Source of the DNA: Yuukianura sp. NJ FZ-2021
Lineage: Eukaryota
Direction of reading: 5' to 3'
Assembly (NCBI GenBank): GCA_046563655.1
Contig: CM102285.1
Location: 12,524,001 to 12,588,000, forward strand
Length of the DNA stretch: 64,000 bases
Below, one piece after another: positions 54,578 through 64,000 of this stretch; within the stretch, counting starts at the first letter, position 1; each line of letters opens with the position of its first letter. The notes below the pieces were generated by a model. It was not told the DNA's origin and searched no databases. It saw only the letters and a program-made list of their open reading frames with translations. The position numbers and the translations under genes are program-made.

Positions 54578-57296
54578 CTACTGTTGTCGAGCTAGGAGCC
54601 CTAAAAATGGAAAACACACAGAATCATAAGCGTTGCTGCGCTTGTGGCCTTTTTAAAAAATAGTTTTCGAAAAACACATTACCAGTAGCGATCAGTACAG
54701 CTAAAACATGTTCACAAGCTTTACCACGAGCGCATGTACAGGTTCTTCCGGCCAATTTGACCTGAATTGATCAATTAATGTTTACAATTTTATAATTTTG
54801 AAATATATTTCAGGAGAGAAATTTTTCAAAGTAGCTCTGCTTACATGGTACTCCGTTCCTCCTAGGCCCTTCACCGAAAAAATTCCTTGTCCCTTCAACC
54901 ACTGTATTCGGTCTTTGGCGATGAAAAAGTGAGCCAACCCTTCGAACAATTGAAGTTCGTTCTCAGAGCATCCTTGGTAGTCGCTTCCACTTCCAAGAAC
55001 TTGCGGTGGATTGCGGGACAACATCGTTACCACTTCGGATGGACAGATAGCATCTTCCAGTATTTCAAATCCACCTTCCGGCAGTAATCGCGCTGCCAAC
55101 GACGGAGAATTGTCAGGCACGTCATCATATTTAGTTTGAACTTGCAAATCTCCAACAACAGTAGGTCCCACTCCAGCTATCGTTCGAATAATTTCGTTGT
55201 AGATGTTACACTGAAGAAAGTACACTAGGTGAACCATTTTCGTGTGGTCGAACGTCAGCGTTTTGGCGCATGACACTAAAATGTAATCCAATTTTGAAGA
55301 AGAGATTCGTGGCCCATTGGGATCAGCTACATGTACGGTTGGAATATCTGGAAGTTGAGTTTCGACGGCCTTGGTAACTCCAGGTTCGTCAAATATAATT
55401 AAATCGACTTCGGGAGTGTTGAGAACTGGAATGAGTTGCTTCATTGTAGCAAAGAAGTTTGCATGAGCTTCTGTGCTGTGTTGCCGATGGAGAAGGACGG
55501 CTACTGGTACATAAGGCGTAGTGTCAAATAATGGATGTCGCAAAAACAGAGTTGTAACGAGGAAGAGGTATAACTTGGCTACGGGTTGGTATGTAAAGGC
55601 CAATTTTGAGTCCAGCAAATCCAGAGCGGCCAGTGTATTGATGTGCTGGAGCAGGTGACTTTCGCAGACGACGATGCAGGAGCCATTGGTAAAGTCCAAT
55701 CGTCTAATCAGCTTGTTCGGTCCGGAGAAGGCTTCATTCAATACGTAGCAGCCGTAAATGTCATCTTTTGCTATGCTTATGTGGAGTCCAGAGATAGAAG
55801 AGGAGGTGGACTTGGTTTTTCTGAAAAGCGAAAGACAAAAAATTATGTCTCACAAATTACTAATTACTTTTGGATTTCGATATTTAGTGACACTAAATAA
55901 CCTGGAATTTGCAATTGGATTTCTATGCTTTAAGTTTGGACCAGTAACTTCGATACCGTTGCACGTTAGTAGAGCAAGTTGTGTCAGGTCAATAACCTTG
56001 TTCGCTCCAGAACCTTCGGATTCTAAAGTTAGAAAGGAAAAGTGCATTGCATCAGTTAGCATCAAAACGTAAGTAACGTAAAGATTAACGATGATACAGT
56101 TGTGCTTTTGTAGCTTGCAAATTTCCATTAGTACCTACAACGGCCCCATAAATTTCCATAGGGTCCGTTCTTCCTCGTTTGATGTCAAGATCATCGTCGT
56201 GGTCAGTGTCTTTCCGCTTGAGGGAATCATCGTTGTCGTCAAGGTCATCCTGATCAGCAATACTAGCAACGGCAGAACTAATTGCCCTGGCTAGTGGATT
56301 GTTCAAAGGAAGTACCAACTCTCTGTGTCTGCCCTTCTTCGGGGATCGCATCAATGGTCCGCCGCCATTTCTTCTTCCAGCATGAGGGGCCAACTGTGCC
56401 TCATTGACAGGATAATTCCCGAAATAGTGAATTACAATGTATGGATGCTTCCACTGAGCAATATTGATCGGGTACTTGAAATTTTTTCCTGTGTCATTAA
56501 TTAACAAGATCAGCAACAACTGAATTAGAAATACCCAGTGATGTAAAAGTGAATTATAAAAGAATACGACACACACGGCACTCACCCGGTTCATGATATT
56601 CGTGGCGAAAGAAGTCAACCTTATTACCATTGTCTAGGAGCCGGAATTCTAGTTGCAAAACGAAGCGAATTCGGATTTTAGGGGAAGAATGTACTTACAA
56701 ACTAAATTAACACTGGTGCGGATACGAATAACTCACCGTGTCTAGTTAAAACAGGCTTCACGTTCTTTTTTGGAAAATTGTTTGCACGAAGGTTCACCCA
56801 CTGAAATCCATCGAATCTCCAGTCATAAGCGCTTTGTCCAGGATTCAAAGCGTATACATAAACCTGGGAACAATAACATGAAATAACACGAAGTTACATC
56901 AATTTGGCAATCAGAGTAAAAGAGTCATCATAACTTCTTTTGTCGCAGGATTGAATAAGTTACCTGCCCGGCGACAATCGGTCTCTGTGGAGGAACTCTT
57001 GTGATCCTAGGGTCATCTGGGTTCAATGTTTTCAGCAATTTCAGAACGTCCATATACGTCTGAAGTCCGCCTTCCGCATAAACAGGTACAGCCATCGGCG
57101 AAGGCAGAGAAAGCACAGTCTCGTCACCAATATCTTCCTTAATAAGGAAAAATTTGTTCTCGTGTTCATCAGTGGCCTCGACTTCCTCGATGTACTCTTC
57201 AGTTTCTTCATCTGCCGGTACCTCAACTTCCGGAACTTCCTCGTCTTCCTGCTGCATGTCTTCTCCCTCCAATTCATTTTCCTCCACGACCATCAT
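54578..57296 (-). CDS. MULE/Mutator-like transposase-derived protein (acidic N-terminus, CG-1-like region, degenerate DDE core, C-terminal SWIM finger), ~8 coding exons
   Basis: Spliced translation includes PPQRPIVAGQVYVY...DWRFDGFQWVN, FFRHEY, IVIHYFGN, TTLFLRHPLFDTTPYVPVAVLLHRQHSTEAHANFF and CTCARGKACEHVLAV (CxCx5CxH). The last exon, 54600-54578, ends GLLARQQ*. A few extra N-terminal residues from upstream exons are possible. Confidence 0.7.
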
Positions 57297-57703
57297 CCTT
57301 TTCTAAAAATGTCAGAAACCCCAGTTAAACCAATTCCATGCCGATTACTTTAATTTCCATTCCATTCCAGTATCCAGTCTCCAGTGGATTGGACCTGGAA
57401 GAAAAAAGCGTGTAGATCAAATGTGACCGTACCTGATGAAACTTAATTGGTTCTCCGTTTACAAAAGAGGCAGTCGACTTCCGATTCACCAACAGATACT
57501 TGTCAGCATAAACAAATGATGAATGGTGAAGTTAATTGACAGATTAATTAGTTAACAATACCTTGTTAATTGTTTTTGTTTATGTTTACTAGCCTAAATA
57601 ACTTAGAGTTAACTATGAGTTTCTCCTTATGGGAGAAGTTAGGTTATAAAAAATGGAAATTTTTTATACCCTAGGTTTGGCCATTTGGAGAAAGCCATAG
57701 TTA

Positions 57704-58625
57704 CCGTAAATGCTCTAATATAAGCGCGCCGCTTATAAGAATTTTCGACCTTTCGGACGCGCCTCTATTAGAACACTATTTATTACCGGAATAATTAATA
57801 AGTTTTAAGTGAGCCTAAATTCAATTAATAGTTAATAGATTTACGCCACAGACGAGGAACGATTTTTTGATTTGGTCACTTGAAATTCCAATCCACGCTG
57901 CAATGACCAAGGAAATCATAACTTCTTTCGAAGGAGCCTTGAGATTTCCGCCTTTCGTGTAAAACTAATCCCCTGCATTCATCCATTCTTCGTACTGCTA
58001 AGCCAGTTTGTCTTTGAACGGTTGTTCCAGCAAACGTCAGGCGCCTGAGTGTACTTGGTACAGCCTCCAGGAATTACGGCAGTGAGAGTGTTAAACTGTT
58101 TTAAGTGTTCTTTCGTTGCGGTGCTAATGTGGCATTTGTAAGAGTCCCAGATCAGGAGTCGTCGCGAAAATGAAAATTTGCCGTAAACAGTGGAAATCCA
58201 ATCGTTGGTCAGATTTTCATTCATCCAACCGTTTTTGCTGCTTGAAATTAGTTAAATTTTTACCGATTTTATCCTTTTGCTTCAGCCAACTGAAGACTTG
58301 TTTTCGGTGTATTCCGAAGTGAGCTGCAGTACCATCCGTGGTATTAGTAGAAGCGTACTGAACCACTTTTAACATAAAACTGAGATCAAACGATCGTCTT
58401 TTAGGTTTCACCATTTTTAAAACTTCTTATTTAAGTGCTACAATTTGATTTCAATCGAATTAGCAACAAATAGACGTTAAACAAATGATGTCACTTTGAT
58501 CTAGGCCCTGTTTTAAACTCAACTTAGCTACCGCGCTTATATCGCAATTTGCCTCCGCTCAAACCGCGCTTGCATTAGAGTATGCGCTTCTATTAGAATA
58601 CGCGCTTGCATTAGAGCATTTACGG
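57704..58625 (-). mobile_element. Internally deleted pogo-superfamily (DD35D, POGK/Passer-like) transposon
   Basis: TIR CCGTAAATGCTCTAAT(A/G)(T/C)AAGCGCG at both ends; TA TSD (57702-03, 58626-27). A Brinker-like HTH ORF (58217-58414) abuts an out-of-frame DDE fragment NGWMNE...LIWDSYKCH...IPGGCTKYTQAPDV (35 residues between the Ds) that carries a further frameshift and stop. Confidence 0.88.
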
Positions 58626-61600
58626 TAACTATACATGGACGACCGTATGTTTACTTTACTTTGGCTGTTTACAATTTAATTTCAAAAAATACATTTGAAC
58701 TTTATTTTCCCGCTTTTTCAAATTAAATTTTTTCCGCATACTTTTACTTCACGTCAGAAGATGGCGACATCCGGATCACTCTTATCGAAACGAAATTTTC
58801 TATTATGAATTGTCAGAAAAATTACAATGTAGTTAAGATGTAATTATATCGAGTGTTCCAGAATTAACAACGACGCCTCAAGGGAAAGGTGAAAGTAAAG
58901 TGGGCGGGGCGAAGAGAGCGAGAGGCGATAATATTATAATGTAATTAATATAAAATATTAATTTAACGTATATTTGCTTCAAAGTTATTTGAGTTATATC
59001 TAGCATTAGAAAATTGTTGTGCCAATTATCCTAATTTGTTGATCATTTAAGTTAAGGTTGAATTTTAAGTCAATTTAGTCTTGGTCACAACTTTCTCCAT
59101 CGTAAAGGTGCTGGAGAGGCACAAGCACAAGTTACTACTAATTTTTTGGCCATTCTGAAGTTTCTCACTTCAAATCGCATCAAAAGAGGAAAAACCAGCG
59201 TAAAAGTTGAATAATCGAATTTAAGTATTTGTAAATTTTCGTGTAAGTTAAAGTGAAATTAATGAGGCTGCCAGTAGCTTTTGGATGAAATTTTGAACAC
59301 ATTTGAGTGGACCACCTGAGCAGGGATCCACATCCATTAGAAAATACTAAAGGTCACGCTAAGATCTTGTCAGCAGGGAGCTTCATTTTTATAAAGGACG
59401 CTTAATTTACGTCTTTGGTTAGCTTTTGGGAAAATATGTTGGAAGTATCAAAGAAAATGCTGGAAGTATACAAGGTACAAGACGAAGGAAGTAGAAATGT
59501 AACAAGCCTAACAAATGTAATGTCAGACAAGTGGACAGGGGCTTTTAGAAGGAGATACCTCATCAGTCAGTCAGTTAACTTAACAAGATCTCATGTCAAT
59601 CCAAATCACAGTGAACATCTTACAATCCTTCATGAAATATTAAATTTTCATCTTCCAAATTTTTTTATTACTCTTTTTTCTTTCAAATTTTTAAGGGCTT
59701 TCACCGCCTGTGGCCAAAACCTGAGATTCCCTTTTATTTTTTATGGCAAACTTTTTGTTCCTTTTTTAAATTATGTTATGTTTTTTGTTTGAATTCAGCT
59801 TTTATGAATAATGTTGAATGAATGCATAATGCACCAGTTTATAAACCCTCACTTACCATTGCTAATATGGGTCTGAATATTTTGAAAGTACTCGGTTTAA
59901 ACAAAACTAAACCCTCGATCGGTCAATATCAATCACCAAATTTCAAATTTTTAAAACCCGAAGGCTCGTCTGTGATTCATGTTTTTTTCGCAGAAGAGGA
60001 ACTTTTGAATGAGCAGGAAAAAAATACACAGATCATAACGAAATGACGATGATACAATTCAATGGGGTGTACCTTGACCTGTGACCTGTGCTGCTAGTGT
60101 GAAGTTAAGGTGAGGTTGGCCATAGGGTACCATAGGGTATGTTTTGTTGTTTCAAATAATTTTGACCTGCCAAGATCACTGTATGGTGCTTCCAGAAGAA
60201 AAGTACTCAAGCGCCCTATGGTGCTCCAAGTCAAGTTCACATTATTCAATTAGTTTTAAACAAACTTCCACACTCCAAGTAAATGTTTCCACAAGTTGGT
60301 GGAAATTTTTGACAAATTTCGAAATCGGTTCAAAAAGAGTAGTTTCGAAAACTCGAAAATTGCTACAAACTTCAAAGTTGTATCTCCACCCCCTGGGAAG
60401 ACAACGCTTTGGCTGTGCTATTATTAGTCGAATTTTTAGTTTATTGAGTCACTGAAGTGAAAGAAATCGAAATTTCCAAATCCTAAAATTCAGTTCAAAT
60501 TCAAAATTATGCAGAGCCTAATGAGATTCTGTTTAAATGAAATTGAAACTGCCACTACATGCCTCTCGTCATTAAATTTCTTCGTCTGAATTGAAAATTC
60601 TCAACGGGTGGTGAAAGTTAAAACAAATACCTCTAACCTTAGTTTAGCTTTTAGTTCAATCCAAACTTAACACACAACTTCAGACTGGCATATTGAAACT
60701 AACCCCTGCGATGAAATGTTACGTAACATCAAATTGCGTAAATTTTAAACCTATTACGTTCCACATCTTTGACGGTTAAGTGTTGGAGCTGTAAATTCTT
60801 CACACTAGGAATTGACAAAAGAATCTTGAACAGATCACTATCAGTTTCGAATGATCAGAAACGACTTTGTACATGGAAGGTCCAGGATGCTTTAGAACAG
60901 GATTTACCACCACTTCGTGTTCAAACCTTTAAGTGTTGTAACAACTTTGTAATCCAATAAATCCTGACATTGATTCTATTCACAAGACGCAAGAAACATG
61001 GATCTTTTCACTTTCACAAAATCAGCTTCCAGCAACTTTTCAATCTTACAAGAAGCTTTAGAACAGAGGGGTACACTTCGTTATGAGATACAGAATATCT
61101 ACAGCGATGCATCAGTATCACTGCGTAAGATGCTGTATTGACTCAGCAATTATCCAAGTGAGTTGTGAGATTTGGCGTCATGTCGTCAGGTCAGGTCACT
61201 TGGATCGTCCATTTCAAAACTGTCTACAGAAAAAGTATTGTCATCCTCAACAAATCTGTTGATTATTGATACGCAATGCAGAGACGTTTGACAATTCAAT
61301 TACCAAATGCTTAACATCACAATTGAAATTGAATTCAACCCGAACATATTTTCAGATTTAGAGTTACAACACTTGAGGTAAACGAGTTATCTAGCATTAC
61401 AAGTATCCGAAAAACTGGATGAAGAAAAAACACTTTTTAGCGTGTGCCGCAGAAGTCCAGCGTGACCTTGATGACCCCGAAAACAGCAATGCCAAATTAT
61501 GCCATACCGGATTTGTGTTTTCAGTGTTGAACATCTTCCAGAATTAGATTTTATAAGAACTTCCATTCATTCCGAATCCTGGATGCTCAAGAAACTACTT

Positions 61601-64000
61601 GCCACTAGCAGAATCACGGCATTCCATATCGACCCATCACCATCTATCACATTGATGACTTTGAGATGCTGAATGCTGGACCAAAGATGCTGGATTGTGG
61701 AGATCACTTTAATGGAAATGTAGACACCCGCTTGCTGGCCTTCCTGGGTCATGACGAATGATATGGTATGGTGTCCATACTGCGAGTTGGCTTCAAAAGC
61801 ATTGTCTTATTCAGAACCTGACGACTAGGTCACCCCTGGCATTTGTCAAGAACATCTCCCCGCTTGTTTCATTTGAATAGAACAGAGATCCAAAGAAACC
61901 TTCTTCTGAACAAGTGGAATTCAAAGTCTATTCTACCAAAGAGAGTCAGACCTCACGCTGCGGCAGAAGCAATCAATAAGCTCCGAAATTGTCTTTTCTT
62001 GACTTGTCGCCAGGAAAGTGTCATTTTCTAGTTATAACATTGTATGAGGTTGGGGTAACATTTTCAACTAGGCTATGCACGATGCACTTTAAACCCGCAC
62101 TTCAAGTATACTTGGAGCGAAGAAGCGTTGAAAATGGTGACGATTTCAAAATGGCCGCAAATCGTTCTTTCACACGGTTAGAAGAAGAAGAAGCCCTGTG
62201 GATTCGCTTCCATGCAAGAGCCTTATCGTTCTCACTCATCGCCATCTCCCTTCTATTATATTCTATTCAATTTGAAATGAAATTTTGAAATCTGATAAAG
62301 AAACTTGAAAATCTGCCTCTGCTGGAACTTTAGCTTCTTCCAGCTTCACGATCTCAAGCACTTATGAACACTTTTTTGTTTAGAAGATTTTTGAATTCTG
62401 TTTTACATCTTCATCTTCGGTGGTCCTTTTTCAAAAAAAATTGAGATTCAAAATTTTCATTTAGAGAAACGTATTAACTTTAAGTTTATCGAGACGCCGT
62501 GGAGAGAAAATTTCATCAAAATTTTGGAGAAAGTTCTCGAGTTTTTTCAGTTTTACTCAACTTCTTTTTTTTTTTTTAGAAAGTTTAGGTTAGGTAAGTA
62601 GAGTTTTTTTGAAATGAGAAACTGATGAAGTGACCCCCGTCTCTTCCAGTTCATCATTTTTAAGTGGACATGAACGAATGAACCAAGTTTTTTTTTTAAA
62701 TTTCAAAAGAAGAAATCCCTGAATTGAATCTTGATTTGAATCTTTTTGTAAGTTAAAAGTTAAGAAGGCCCTTGTCACAAGGGCCAACACGTCTAGCTTC
62801 CTTCGTAGACATTCTGACTCTTACTGCAAAGTACCCCCGGTGGAGGGCCCTTCCCTTACCTTTAAGGACCCCCTTCCAACTCTCCCTTCATACACACAAA
62901 TACGTCAACGTCACTTAACCCATTTACTCATCCTTCATTTCACTCCTAACCAACCTCATAGTTCCCTTTGACAGTCTCAACCCTTTCCCACTTCAATCCT
63001 ACTCGGATCCATTTTCATCAAGAGAGTCCGAATTCGGAACTCTGGAAGAAAAAAACTGAAAAACTATTTTTGGGTTGTCCCTTCCAAATTGAAATTTCCT
63101 TAATTTTGACTATTTTCCCAAGGAAACTGATACACTGGGAACAAGCGACAGAAGAGCCGCAATTGAACCCTCTTTTGTCATTTTACTAAAGAAATTCCCT
63201 TGGGAGAAAGCATCCTTTGAAGTGAAATGGAACTTCCGAAGGGCTCCAATGACACTTTCAATTGGATTTAGCTCTGACTCCATTTCACATTTGAAACAAA
63301 CCACATTTTATACACTTTTGCATCAAAATTAGATTTTTGGAACCACCAAAGTTCCCATAATGTCGTTCGATTGTGTAGCAGGAGCCACAGTTCTTCTAAA
63401 AACGACAAAAATAATGCTCTGGGTACATTTATTTCTCAGGAAACTTTATATTTAGTACATTACGACACAGATATCCAATTCAAATTCTAGTTTTTCAATG
63501 AGTTTTTAAAACTCACGTTAAGCGAGATTTCATAGGAATTGCTTCTCAAATAAAATGAAATTCTGAAACTGAATTCATAGCTCTGCCTAAAAAATCAGTC
63601 AGAAGGAGACGCGGATTAAAATGTTTAATGAAGTTTGAAACAAAAACAATGGTTTTATTTTAATTCCTAACACTAATTGGAAAGCGACAAAAAATTAATT
63701 TAAGAGAAAGTCACTTTTTCCCAACTTACCCTAACTTAAACCTTTCACAGTGATTTCAGAATTTAAATTTTCCAAAACAAAATTTTTTTGCTGGTTTCAA
63801 AATTAAATTTTTTAATTTGAAATTACACTCTTTCACATTATCCTCCAACATACAGTTGTAAATGCTTTTCCAAGTTCCTGTGGAATCTGTCGCTTTCACT
63901 ATAGTTCATTACCAGACCAACTACAAGTGGACGGGCATTTGAACACGAAATTGACAGTTTTCAGTTTCGGACTGGACAAATCTTGTAGCAGATGTGACCA

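Noticed and set aside
61567..61800. GC-richer minus-strand ORF MTQEGQQAGV...
   Set aside because: Short and unrecognisable; contains a small internal duplication and has no supported splice structure.

Overview
Eukaryotic, arthropod-like genomic window with short GT-AG introns; the species cannot be determined from the sequence. The first ~35 kb has no host coding gene and is probably the 5' intron/regulatory desert of a tartan/capricious-like LRR gene. It carries a recent, apparently intact, intron-containing Tigger/pogo transposon with nested inverted repeats and two minisatellite-filled MITEs. A compact gene cluster follows (36-57 kb): tartan/caps-like (+), MCM2 (+), a Spen-type SPOC-domain-only gene (-) that the ORF track mostly misses, a membrane-tailed transferrin (+), MRPL47 (+), a divergent ADI1 (+) and a probably domesticated, catalytically degenerate MULE-type transposase with a SWIM finger (-). 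A deleted DD35D pogo element lies after the cluster. An inverted, pseudogenised copy of a transferrin exon and a three-copy repeat bracket the MCM2/SPOC block. Exon models were assembled by hand and family calls rest on recalled motifs, not database searches.
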